From the NCBI RefSeq assembly GCF_006345805.1, contig NC_043019.1:4897360-4961359 (forward strand): a DNA stretch of 64,000 nt. The letters are read 5' to 3'. How positions within the stretch are numbered: the stretch's first letter is position 1; each line of letters begins with the position of its first letter. Positions 1-12,700 of this stretch are shown piece by piece. A program made the translations under genes and the position numbers. A model generated the notes under the pieces. The model worked only from the letters and a program-made list of their open reading frames with translations. It had not been told where the DNA came from and ran no database searches. The stretch is from Octopus sinensis (taxonomy: Eukaryota).

Positions 1-2
1 CC

Positions 3-596
3 ATCTCGACCTACCATTACTGTAAGGATGCCATCAGCGATGAACTCTGCAGTGTAGTGAATGCCAACAAAGTTTCCGTCCACGATTGGGCAGTCCACCA
101 GGGAAGCTTGTTCTTCCGCCAGTTATTGTTCAAACCTGACTTTTGCGACATAGAAGTGAACAGTTCTCTCACAGCAGTCCAAAATAGTAACAAGCTCCCC
201 TGTTGGTACAAACAAAAGCTTTATTTTGATTCCTTATCGAATGCTGAGATTACAGAAGCTCTCAACTACGTTGGAAAGCATCTTGACCAGTGGTTTTCAG
301 TTGTGGGTCACGTCGATGATTACTCTGCCTCCGTCAAAATGTTTGAACATGTTTACCGGTTACCATTTTCTAAATGCCACGATTCCTCTCTGACCTTCCA
401 AGAAGAACTTAGCAATAACAACAGGGCCTACACGGTAGATCAAAGCAAAGAAACTTTAGACAAGCAAGAAGTGTTCCTTCTCAAACAGAGCGCCACTGTT
501 CAAAAAGCTTTGCACGCCGACTACAGAATCTATAATGAAGCCAAAAAGTTATACCAAATTCAAAGACAGGTTTTATTTAATCAAATAGGACATTAA
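3..596 (+). CDS. 3' terminal coding exon of a probable sulfotransferase-family protein (Sulfotransfer_2 / HS6ST-like fold); starts before the window
   Basis: Frame is open from position 3 (ISTYHYCKDAIS...) to TAA at 594-596. ISTYHY resembles the end of the 3'-PB motif (R-x-x-S-x-Y-x-Y). HLDQWFSVVGHVDDYSASVKMFEHVYRLPF and DYRIYNEAKKLY resemble conserved late motifs of Golgi sulfotransferases. Family call is by motif recall only. Confidence 0.6.
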   Translation: MSTYHYCKDAISDELCSVVNANKVSVHDWAVHQGSLFFRQLLFKPDFCDIEVNSSLTAVQNSNKLPCWYKQKLYFDSLSNAEITEALNYVGKHLDQWFSVVGHVDDYSASVKMFEHVYRLPFSKCHDSSLTFQEELSNNNRAYTVDQSKETLDKQEVFLLKQSATVQKALHADYRIYNEAKKLYQIQRQVLFNQIGH

Positions 597-1393
597 TGAG
601 GTGTTTGATAATGATCTGATCGTTAATGAAACCTAGCAACAATTTGTATATAGACTGTATTTGTGTATATAAAAATCAACAACTGTACATCTGTATAAAG
701 TATTTAAAAAGATTTTACATTCAAAAATATTTGTTTAGAATTTTTTTAATATTTTGCATTTTCTGTTTTTAATTAAATTCCCTTAAATTCTGTTTTTTTA
801 TTACCCCCCCCCCTTTTTTTTTATCCCTGTTCCTTTAAATTCTTGAAAAGCCAATTTGTCTCTTTAAAAATCCTCGGGATCACTCTAATTTTAGGGTCTT
901 GTCTGTGACAGGGCAAGTTTTCTCAAAGCTAAAGTAATTTCGTGAAATGGGGCAGGAGCAATTTGGGGATGATGCCAAGGTTCAAACTGGGTTCAAAATT
1001 GGGTTTGTGTACTGTGTATAGGGCAACAATTGGTCAAGTCATCAGAGCATCGGATAGAATAATTTGTGGTACTTATTCAACGGTTTGAAACCAACTTTGT
1101 TAATCACCACCACCACCACCATCCATACCAAAAAACAAAAACAAAAGCACAAGTAAAAAAAGCAGTACAGAGCAGTGTGTATTAACAAGTTTGTTAGTGC
1201 ATTGGATCAGATGCCTTGTAGGATCTGTTCTGGCTCTGTGCATTCTGGATCCCAAACTCACCTCTCTACACTAGAAAAGGTGAGACTTCTATCAGGCATT
1301 GACACCCTGTTAGAACAGCAATGTGCAACCGGCAGCCCACGAAACTATTTTGTAATGACTTTCTTTTTTTAATAAATAACTGAAAATTAACAT

Positions 1394-1812
1394 AGGCGCA
1401 GGAGTGGCTGTGTGGTAAGTAGCTTGTTTACCAACCACATGGTTCCGAGTTCAGTCCCACTGCGTGGCACCTTGGGCAAGTGTCTTCCACTATAGCCTCG
1501 GGCTGACCAAAGCCTTGTGAGTGGATTTGGTAGACGGAAACTGAAAAGAAGCCCGTCGTATATATGTATATATATATATCTATGCATGTGTGTTTGTGTG
1601 TCTGTGTTTGTCCCCCTAGCATTGCTTGACAACCGATGCTGGTGTGTTTATGTCCCCATCACTTAGTGGTTCGGCAAAAGAGACCGATAGAATAAGTACT
1701 GGGCTTACAAAGAATAAGTCCCGTGATCGAGTTGCTCGATTAAAGGCGGTGCTCCGGCATGGCCACAGTCAAATGACTGAAACAAGTAAAAGAGTAAAAA
1801 GAGTAAAAGAGT
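1394..1812 (+). mobile_element. tRNA-headed CORE-like SINE family A, full length; other copies at ~2868-3202(-), 3378-3760, 8602-8972(-), 10780-11175, 14905-15300(-), 20690-20990(-), 24035-24400(-), 26920-27325(-), 29785-30177(-), plus fragments
   Basis: A/B-box-like head (TGGTAAG; GTTCAGTCCC), GGCACCTTGGGCAAGTGTCTT core-like segment, internal (TA/TG)n, tail (GAGTAAAA)n. Confidence 0.85.
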
Positions 1813-1876
1813 ATAGCAAAGTGCTTGTACCACAATTAAAAGTTAATGATAGTATTTATTTATTAACTTTTATTAT

Positions 1877-2169
1877 TATTCTGTTGTGTCTGGGGAGAGT
1901 CATTTTCTTTTTGTGCCTTATAATATAACACACTCACTGATAAAAGTTCCACTTTTTTCTTATTTTTATTTTCCTAATATTTTCGTTGCGTCTTGCAACC
2001 TTTTCAATATTTTTCAATAGTTTTGAAGTCAAAACTATTGAAAAGGCTGCAAGACGCAACGAAAATATTAGGAAAATAAACATAAGAAAAAAGAGGAAAT
2101 TTTACCGGTGAGTGTGTTATATAATAAAGGAACAAAATGAAAATGACTTTCCCCAGACACAACAGAATA
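1877..2169. repeat. Diverged fold-back element, ~140-bp arms
   Basis: TATTCTGTTGTGTCTGGGGA... / ...TCCCCAGACACAACAGAATA; centre GTTTTGA-AGT-CAAAAC. Confidence 0.85.
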
Positions 2170-2240
2170 TGCTTCAACACACAAACTCATATAAAGAATC
2201 TTGCAAACCAAATCCAAAAACGAAATATTTTATCATTATA

Positions 2241-2627
2241 CTAGCAGTATTGCTCGGGTTTGTAAGGGAAATAACTATATAAGCATTTTTAGAGAGTTAT
2301 AGCCAAAAATAGCAAAAAAATGCATTAAAAATGGAAAAAAAATGATGGTAAATTTTTTTTTAAATCGTTGACTCATCGTAGACATTTTTAGAGAGTTACT
2401 TCCCTTATATAATAGCGAAAAATGCATTAAAATGGAAAAAAATGATGGTAAATTTTTTTTTTAAATCGTAGACTCATCGTAGACGCGCGCTAATACCCAG
2501 AAGGGCTCGATATGAATCATGACTATAAGATACCCGGTTTTGGTTAAACTGCACCGCAAAATGGTAGAGTAGTTAGGAATCTAAATCGTAGGAGACAGAC
2601 ACACAACCTTACTTTTATATATAAAGA
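2241..2627 (-). mobile_element. Helitron H1, minus strand
   Basis: Starts CTAGCAGTAT..., ends ...ATATATAAAGA; hairpin partly deleted. Confidence 0.8.
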
Positions 2628-5254
2628 TTTCCTTATATTAGTTTTCTTCATGCCTTTATTGAGTAAATTGCCATATCAGTCAAAACACACTCTTTGTTTT
2701 TTTTGTGGAATACAAGATATGAACTTGTTAGTATGCATTTTAAACAATTTTAGGACGTTTGTTGCCTAAAATTTAGTTTGCAGTAGCTCACTGCCTGGCA
2801 TACAAGAAGGTTGTACCTTCTTGTATGCCAGGCATTGCATCGTTCTGTCTCTTCATATGCAAGATATACTCTTTTTTTACTCTTTTTACTTGTTTCAGTC
2901 ATTTGACTGCGGCCATGCTGGAGTACCGCCTTCAATCGAGCAACTCGACCCCGGGACTTATTCTTTTGTAAGCCCAGTACTTATTCTATTGGTCTCTTTT
3001 GCTGAACTGCTAAGTAACGGGGACATAAACACACCAGCATTGGTTGTCAAGCAATGCTAGGGGGACAAACACAGACACACACACACACATATATATATAC
3101 ATATATACGACGGGCTTCTTTCAGTTTCCGTCTACCAAATCCTCTCACAGGGCTTTGGTCGGCCCGAGGCTATAGTAGAAGCTACTTACCACACAGCCAC
3201 TCATGTTGTTATATTTAAGCTATATTCAGAATAGATGTATGCTCCAGCTGGCTGGCAACTCATGAGGTGTGTTGCTAAATAAGATACAAAAGGATGATCA
3301 ACAAGGATAAACAGAGGGTGCTTACTTGTGTAGATATACTGTCTGCAGTAAAATTATTAAAGATATTCTGTTCAAGTAGGCGCAGGAGTGGCTGTGTGGT
3401 AAGTAGCTTGCTTACCAACCACATGGTTCCGGGTTCAGTCCCACTGCGTGGCATCTTTGGCAAGTGTCTTCTTCTATAGCCTCGGGCTGACCAATGCCTT
3501 GTGAGTGGATTTGGTAGATGGAAACTCAAAGAAGCCTGTCGTGTATATGTTTGTGTGTCTGTGTTTGTTCCCTAGCATTGCTGGACAACCGATGCTGGTG
3601 TGTTTACGTCCCCATCACTTAGCGGTTCGGCAAAAGAGTCCGATAGAATAAGTACTGGGCTTACAAAGAATAAGTCCCGGGGTCGATTTGCTCGACTAAA
3701 GGCGGTGCTCCAGCATGGCCGCAGTTAAATGACTGAAACAAGTGAAAGAGTAAAGAGAGTATCCGTTTTCCATGCTGGCATGAGTTGGACGGTTTGACCA
3801 GAGGTGGTCAGCTGGAGAGCTTTGCAAGGCTCCAGTCATGTTTCAGTTTGGTCTCTATGGCTGGATGCCCTCCCTAACGCCAACCTCTTTATAGAGTGTA
3901 CTAGATGCCCTTTGTATGCCAATGGCATGTGTACTCCTTTGTGTGGCACTGGCACTGGCCACAACCACAATTTTACTTAGCCTGATGTCTGTTAAGCTCT
4001 GCAAATCACCAGAAATCTTTCTTCTCTTTTCTTTGTTCCTTCTCGAGCTATGCCTGGCTCATAAGGGCCGGTTTCCTTGGTGTATAGGTTCCCCACCTGG
4101 ACAGGACGCCGGTCCGTCGCAGGTGAGCTGCAAGATGCAGGAGGAAAGAGTGAGAGAGAAAGTTGTGGCAAAACAATCAGCAGAAGTTTTGCCATTACCT
4201 TCTGCCGGAGCCGCATGGAACTTAGGTGTTTCGCTCATAAACACACATATCGCCCGGTCTGAGATTCGAACCCGCGATCCCTCAACCGCAAGTCCGCTGC
4301 TCTAACCACCAGGCCATGTGCCTCCACACACCAGAAATCTTAGTCACTTGTCATCACTTCCATGAGACTCAACAACCATAGATCATATTTCACCACCTCG
4401 TCTACAGGTTTCCTCCACAAACAGGGATCAACACTTGTTTACATGAACTTCTGTACATGACTGATTCCTTATCAAATCCGGAAGGATAAACGGTAAAATT
4501 AACCTTAGCATCATAAGGGACTTTTTTTTTTTTTTTTTTAGTATTTTGTCAGAGTTTCAAGGAAAGTGGGAGTAAGTTATCCTCATTGGAGACCCGGCCT
4601 AAATGCTTGCAACAGCACCCAAGAAGGAAGTGATGATGCTCAACCTGACAGGGGAACTAATTCTGCCACCCAGGAACTCAAAATACACAAAAGAGTCACC
4701 AGATATTTACAAGGTGTAACATATAATATGTTGACCATTCCACCAATCTTCCACCCTTTATCAACCTTGAAAGGCAAAGTTTAACTTCTGTAAGATTTAG
4801 ACTCTGAGCATGGGCAACTGAAACGAATACTGCTGCTATGACTTATTCACCCTTTCGTTACTGTATTTATTTTGAGATGCTCTGTGTTTCTTTCAATTAC
4901 TTTAACTATAACAAAGAATTTAGTAAAATAACTTAGTTATCATTAAGCTGGTGTTAGGAACATAAATTGTGATTAAGGTTTGGTGGAAGATTTTAATTCA
5001 AAACTTTATGAAAACAAGACATTTGTACTCAGAGCCAGAGCCAGTTTCAACCAGGTTGGTAATGAAAGGGTTAAGGAGCTTGTTTCCTAAACCTGTAGTC
5101 ATAATTTCACGGAAGCCAGTTAGCCACTCTGGCAACGATCACATTCGGATGGTGCTCTTAGCGCTCCACTAGCAGTGGATGCCAGTCATCGAATTTGATT
5201 TCAATTTATACAATTCCTAAAATTATTTAATTATAAAAATATAATAGGATTTTT

Positions 5255-5655
5255 GGATCTTTTCGGTTTGAACGGCAGTTTTTAACATAATTTCTAGGTA
5301 ACTAAAAAGTTTTAAAATTCGTATACTAGTAGAATGTGTTTATAAAACATCTTTTTCTCTTGGCTTTATTGAGGCAATTCTATAGTTTGTAAGATATTTG
5401 TTTTTTTCTTCAATTTCAACCAATCACTGACTGACGTCTATTGAGGTAAAAAAACATTGTGTCATATGAATATGTCCCTTGTTTGAGAAACAGATTGGGT
5501 TTATTTACATTTCTGAAGAAATGAAGATACCCTTCCCCCTAACCCTAACCCTAAAACAGATTGAAATGCAATAGATCGATATTAGGGTCATAATTATGGG
5601 TGACAATTTCATATGATACCTCTAGAAAAAACTGCCGGTCAAACCGAAAAGATCC
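5255..5655. mobile_element. Same MITE family, opposite orientation
   Basis: Both TIRs present; TSD not evident. Confidence 0.82.
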
Positions 5656-7798
5656 CTGTATTTTTTAAAACCTCGAATGATTATGAGGATCCATTTGAGT
5701 AAAATAAGAATAAAAGGGGTCCATGGGTAAAGAAATGGTTGAGAATACTGCTTTAACTTTTTTAATACCAACCCACATAAGACCGCTCCTTGTTCTGTGA
5801 TAAAAACTTCTTGCTTTAAAGTTGGTGAAATTAAAACCTTCCATCATAATTTCATGTTCCAAACATCAGGTTAATAATGTTTTCTACTAAAGGCCTGAAA
5901 TTTGTGAGGAAGGAGATAGCCGATTACATCAACTCCAGTGCATAACTGGTACTTATTTTATCAGCCCCCCCTCCCCCCCAAAGGCTGAACTCCGAATGTG
6001 CTGAAAGACAAAATGCCACAAAGCATTTTGCCCACTGTGCTAACGATTCTTATTGACTTTGCCTTTCATCCTTTCGGGGTCGATAAATTAAGTACCTGTT
6101 GCGCACTGGGGTCAATATAATCGACTTAATCCACTTGTTTGTCCCCTCTGTGTTTAGCCCCTTGTGGGTAATAAAGAAATAGGTACTTATTTAATCGACC
6201 CCGAAAGGATGAAAGGCAAAGTTGAACTCGGAACGTAGCAGCAGACGAAATTCCGCTAAGCATTTCACCCGGTGTGCTAACGATTCTACCAGCTTGGCAA
6301 CTTTGCACCAGGTTAATAATGACAAAATTACTTGGCTAAATCTTTCATTATTTTCAAAATTAATTGAAACAAAAGCAGAGCATTTCAGCAGTATTATAGA
6401 AACAAAAGGGTTGAAGGAAATTGTTAGCATTCTGTAGTGTAACCACTAACAATAAATACATAATTGCAGGCGCATGGCTTAGTGGTTAGGGATATTAAGT
6501 GGTACCTTGTGTCCTTGAGCAAGACGCTTTATTTCATTCAGTTCTATATTTAAGAGATGAGGAATTATGTACATTATTTACATTCAACGGATATTTGTCC
6601 TCATCTTGTTTGTTGTTAACTCAATGGATCCTCTCACGGCCGAGGGCATGTCCTGCCCTTTCTGCTACTCTTCTAATTTTATGTGAATGAACCGATGTCA
6701 TTCTATTCAAGCCAGGTGGGATTAGCTTTCAGTCTCTACATCTACACAGGAAAGTCAGATGGTTTGAAAGACGAGCTAGTTTTTGATGGAGTCTCTCTAT
6801 ACGTCTCGTTTGAAGTCTAATGTCGGCTCCATATCGATTAGATAATACAGTTCTATATTTAAGAGATGAGGAATTAAGTACATTATTTACATTGGACGGA
6901 TGTTTGTGTTAACAACTCTCAGAGTGGTTGGCATTAGGAAGGGCAGCCAGCTGTAGAAACTCTGCCAGATCAGATTGGAGGCTGGTTCGCCAGACCTCAG
7001 TCAAATCGTCCAACCCATGCTAGCATGGAGAGTGGACGTTAAATGATGATGATGAAGATGAGGACAAATATCCGTCGATTGTAAATAATGTACTTTATTT
7101 CATGTTGCTCCTGTCCATTCAGTTGGCAAAAATTAGTTGTACCAGTAATTGAAAGGGGACCAGCCTTGTCATATTCTGTCATGCTGAATCGACCTCAGAA
7201 CTACATTATCTGTGTCTGTCAAGTGCTCAACCCATTAAGGCTATATGTATCTGTCAAGTGTAAAGGCGCATGGCTCAGTGGTTAGAGCGTCAAGCTTACG
7301 ATCGTGAGGTTGTGAGCTCGAATCCTGGACCGGGCTGCATGTTGTGTTCTTGAGCAAGACACTTTATTTCACGTTGTTCCAGTTCACTCAGCTGTAGAAA
7401 TGGGTTGCGACGTCACTGGTGCCAAGCTGTATCGGCCCCTTTGCCTTTCCCTTGGATATTATCAGTGGTGTGGAAAGGGGAGGCTGGTATGCATGGGCGA
7501 CTGCTGATCTTCCATAAACAATCTTGCCCTGACTTGTGCCTCGGAAGGTAACTTTCTAGGTGCAATCCCATGGTCATTCATGACCGAGGGGGGTCTCCTC
7601 CTCACTTGCACATTAATTTCATGAGCAGGCTGTTCCGTTAATCAGATCAACTGGAACCCTCATCATTGTAACCAAGGGAGTCCCAGAGAGCAAGGCTTGT
7701 TAATGGGTTTATTATTCTTCAGCTCAAATTCTTTCTTAACTTAACCCATGTGAATACAACTGGTTGTGAACTTCAGTCGTAGCCATTCACCAATAGTA

Positions 7799-8219
7799 TT
7801 GGGTTGTCCGGAAAGTTCGTGCTGATTTATAGTAGCTTACCTTTCGACTTATTTTAAAACATGGTTGAGTCCATAAAATAGGATTTGACTACACCTCCAT
7901 TTAGAGCACAGTTTAAGTTATCTTTTCGTGGAAGAAAGTTTATGTTCCTATAACCTGTGTTAATTCTGTAACCCTTTAAAATGGAAGATAAGAAAGTTCA
8001 TTTTCGGCACTTGATGCTTTGGGAACCAGACAAAAATTGCTGCAGCTCGGCTGGGATGTGTTACCCCACCCTCCATATTCACCAGATATTGCTCCTTCGG
8101 ATTTCCACTTATTCAGGTCTCTGCAGAATAGTCTTAATGGTAAAAATTTCAATTCCTTGGATGATGTAAAAAGATACCTTGATGAATTCTTTGCCATGAA
8201 ACCACCTCAATTCTGGGAA
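7799..8219 (+). mobile_element. Internally deleted mariner (left TIR, ATG, C-terminal YSPD region), 3' truncated
   Basis: TA then TTGGGTTGTCCGGAAAGTTCGTGCTGATT. MEDKKVHFRHLMLWE is fused to RQKLLQLGWDVLPHPPYSPDIAPSDFHLF. Confidence 0.9.
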
Positions 8220-9334
8220 AATATACTTCATGTAAAAATGAAGCAAGTCTTTAAACATCAGCAGATTTTAAACATCAGATCCACTCCAATCTGTCTTGTT
8301 TAAAATTGTACAAAACTTTCAATCAATTTGACGAGAGTTATGTACCTTGCTTATGTAGCAGCATCTTACCTTTAGAAAATCTGTAAATGAACAGCTCAAG
8401 AAGAAAATTGTATTTGAGACAATCAACCCTCCTAGATTTAGCAGTCAATCTCATAAAACCATCAAGCCATTCGTTTGTTGAAGATAACTGTTTGAAGAAA
8501 AATGCGATAGACATGTAATGTCTTTGCACAGCAACCGGTTTAAAATATAGGTACTGCTTTGTTAAATGGGTTTTGAGTAAGACAATGTAGAAAAGACATA
8601 TTCTTTACTCTTTTATTTGTTTCAGTCATTTGACTGCGGCCATGCTGGAGCACCGCCTTTAGTCAAGCAAATCGACCCCGGGACTTATTCTTTGTAAGCC
8701 CAGTACTTATTCTATCGGTCTCTTTTGCCGAACCGCTAAGTTACGGGGACGTAAACACACCAGCATCGGTTGTCAAGCGATGTTGGGGTGACAAACACAG
8801 ACACATATGACAGGCTTCTTTCAGTTTCCATCTACCAAATCCACTCACAAGGCTTTGGTCGGCCCAAGCCTATAGTAGAAGACATTTTCCCAAGGTGCCA
8901 TGCAGTGGGACAGAACCCAGAACCATGTGGTTTGTAAGCAAGCTACTTACCACACAGTCACTCCTGTGCCTATATGCATAATTTTTGGAAGAACTACTTT
9001 GTTCCTGTCTCCCATCAGTAAGATACATGCAGGTTTCCTTCTGGATTATTTGGAAAAAAAGTATTTGTTAATTTGCAAATATGGAGATTTGCTGCACGGA
9101 ACCCCAGCTTTGTTAAATGGGTTTTGAGTAAGACAATGTAGAAAAGACATGGTTTAGGTTATGAGCTTTTTTGAGAGGGACAGCTCTTGAGAAAACACCC
9201 ACTGAATCTGTGTCCCTAATTGATGCCAGTTGATGGAGTTGCAGAGAGAAATCTTCTAAAAGGCTCACTCCACTCTCACTGAGGAATTTTGTTATACAAA
9301 GACACTGGATGCTTATTCACACAGTGAAGTACTA

Positions 9335-9708
9335 TCGGGTTGTCTGGAAAGTTCGTGCTGATTTTTAAAGGAAAGAAAAAGGTCAATAAATACTTGCCAT
9401 TACATTTTTTAATCAACCAAATATGAACCATTTTATTGTACAATGTGTCTTCATCTTTCCTTTAACTTGAAAATACCCTCTTCCCAGAATTGAGGTGGTT
9501 TCATGGCAAAGAATTCATCAAGGTATCTTTTTACATCATCCAAGGAATTGAAATTTTCGGCACTTGATGCTTTGGGAACCAGACAAAAATTGCTGCAGCT
9601 CGGCTGGGATGTGTTACCCCACCCTCCATATTCACCAGATATTGCTCCTTCGGATTTCCACTTATTCAGGTCTCTGCAGAATAGTCTTAATGGTAAAAAT
9701 TTCAATTC
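9335..9708. mobile_element. Rearranged mariner: right TIR + C-terminus on minus strand (9335-9557), then plus-strand copy of the deletion-junction segment (9553-9708)
   Basis: TA then TCGGGTTGTCTGGAAAGTTCGTGCTGATT. Minus strand gives DDVKRYLDEFFAMKPPQFWEEGIFKLKER. Strand switches at ATTTT. Confidence 0.88.
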
Positions 9709-12700
9709 TGGGGCTATAGTAGAAGACACTTGCCCAAGGTGCCACACAGTGGAACTGAACCCGGAACAATGTGGTTGGTAAGCAAGCTACTTACCACACA
9801 GCCACTCCTGCACCTTGATACAAACTTCTTTAAAAAAATGATTCTATGATTCTCATGCATTTCTTAAGTGATAGTTGATGTTTCGCTACTTCTCAACATT
9901 ATTGTGTAGACATATGGTGATAGTTTTCCAACTGTGACCATCCCAGTTAATCAAAAAACAATGTATTCTGAACTATTACTTAACCCTTTCATTATCAACT
10001 CAGCTGAAACCGGCTCTGAGTACAAATGTCTTGTTTTCATAAGTTTTGAATCAAAATCTTCCACCAAACCTTAATCACAATTTATATTCCTAACACCAGC
10101 TCAATGATAACTAAGTTATTTTACTAAATTCTTTGTTATATTTAACCCTTCTGATACCAACCCAGTTGAAACCAGCTCTGGCTCTGTAGTACAAATGTCT
10201 TGTTTTCATAAGTTTTGAATTAAAATCTTTCACCAAACCTTAGTCACAATTTATGTTCCTAACACTAGCTGAATGATAACTAAGTTATTTTACTAAATTC
10301 TTTGTTATATTTAAAGTAATTGAAAGAAACACTGAGCATCTCAAAATAAATGCAGTAACGAAAGGTGTCATGAAATTGTCATCCATAGCGGTGTCATATG
10401 AAATTGTCACCCATAATTATGACCCTAGTATCGATCTATTGCATGTCAATCTATTTTAAGGTTAGGGGTGAGGGGAAGGGTATCTTTTTTTCTTCAGAAA
10501 TGTTAATAAACCCAATCTGTTTCTTAAACGAGGGACATATTCATACGGCACAGAATGTTTTTTACCTCAATAGACGTCAGTGATTGGTTGAAATTGCAGA
10601 AATGGTAGGATTTGGTTTCAAAGAGATTCTATTGCTACTTCTAGCAAGTAGAGTGAAAATGCAGGGGCAACCATCCTTTGCTAGTCAAGATTCTTAGTGA
10701 AGAGTTCAAATGGTCATAACCTAGACTCCTCTACATGCAAGGACATCAACTCTCACTCATTACTGTAAATTCCATAAATAGGCGTAGGAGTGGCTGTGTG
10801 GTAAGTAGCTTGCTTACGAACCACATGGTTCCGGGTTCAGTCCCACTGCGTGGCACCTTGGGTAAGTGTCTTCTACTATAGCCTCAGGCCGACCAAAGCC
10901 TTGTGAGTGTATTTGGTAGACGGAAACTGAAAGAAGCCTGTCATATATATATGTATGTGTGTGCTTGTGTGTCTGTGTTTGTCCCCCCCCCCCAACATCG
11001 CTTGACAACCGATGCTGGTGTGTTTACATCCCCGTAACTTAGCGGTTCGGCAAAAAAGAGACCGATAGAATAAGTACTAGGCTTACAAAGAATAAGTCCC
11101 GGGGTCGATTTGCTCGATTAAAAGGCGGTGCTCCAGCATGGCCACAGTCAAATGACTGAAACAAGTAAACGGGAAAAGGGAAATAATACGCAAAAAAACA
11201 AAAAAACTCAACTTCATACAGTCTTTTACAAGAAAGTAGCAGCAAAAATAAACTGAATTCAGTCCAGTTGGGAACCAAATTTTAGTTACACTTGAAAATA
11301 TTAAATTCTGAAAATAAAATCACCATCATCACTTAACATTATGAATTGGGGGTTTTTTTCTCTCTTTTTTTTTTTAAGTATGGTCATTTCATCATCATCA
11401 TCATCATCATCATCGTTTAGCGTCTGTTTTCTGCGCTAGCGTGGGTTGGACGGTTCGACCGGGGTCTGGGAAGCCAGGGGCTGCACCAGGCTCCAGTCTG
11501 ATCTGGCAGTGTTTCTACAGCTGGATGCCCTTCTTAACGCCAACCACTCCGTGAGTGTAGTGGGTGCTTTTTACATGCCACTGGCACAGGTGCCAGGTGA
11601 GGCTGGCAACGGCCACGATCGGTTGGTGCTTTTTACGTACCACCGACATGGACGCCAGTCAGGCGGCGTGGGCAAGTGCCATGTTCGGATGGTGCTTTTT
11701 ATGTGCCACCGGCACAGAAGCCAGCCAAGGTGGCGCTGGCATCGGCCACGTTCGGATGCTGCTTTTTACGTGCCACCGGCACTGAAGCCAGTCGAGGCGG
11801 CGCTGGCATCGGCCACGTTCGGATGGTGCTTTTTATGTGCCACCGGCACTGAAGCCAGTCGAGGTGGCGCTGGCATCGACCACGTTCGGATGGTGCTTTT
11901 TAGGTGTCACCGGCACAGAAGCCAGTGTCGGTTTTTTTCTCTCCTTTTTTTTTAAGACTGGTCATTTCATATATACAACAAATATTGGTTTCATGGCCAG
12001 CACTTTTAGGTAAGTGGCTTGGTCAATTACATCAACCCCAGCGCTCAACTGGTACTTATTTTATCAACCCTGAAAAGATAAAAGGCAAAGCCAACCTTGG
12101 AGGAATTTGAACTCAGAACATAAAGACGGACAAAATGCAACTAAACATTTTGCCCTGCACATTCATGGTTTTGCCAGCTCACCACTTGGTCTATAACAAA
12201 TATCGGTTTCAGATTTTGGCACAAAGCCTGCAATTTCGGAGAAGGAGTTAAGTCGATTACATCAACCCTAGATTTTATCGACCCCAAAAGGTTGAAAATC
12301 AACCTTGGTGGAATGTGAACTCACAACATAAAGCTGCTAAGTTCACCACCTTCCTTACGTCATCATCATCATCGTTTAACGTCCGTTCTCCATGCTAGCA
12401 TGGGCTGGACAGTTTGACCGGGGATCTGGGAAGCCAGAAGGCTGCACCAGGCTCCAGTCTGATCTGGCAGTGTTTCTACAGCTGGATGCCCTTCCTAACA
12501 CCAACCACTCCGTGAGTGTAGTGGGTGCTTTTTACGTGCCACCTGCACAGGTGCCAGGTGAGGCTGGCAACGGCCACGATCGGATTGGTGTATTTTAAGT
12601 GCCACCGGCTCGGAAGCCAGTCGAGGCGGCACTGGCATCGGCCATGATTCGGATGGTGCTTTTTACGTGCCACCGGCTCAAGGATCACAACTGCAGTTTC

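Noticed and set aside
6706-6831. 41-codon ORF containing LYIYTGK (BTB-like)
   Set aside because: Too short, stops immediately, and lies between SINE-tail repeats; likely chance.
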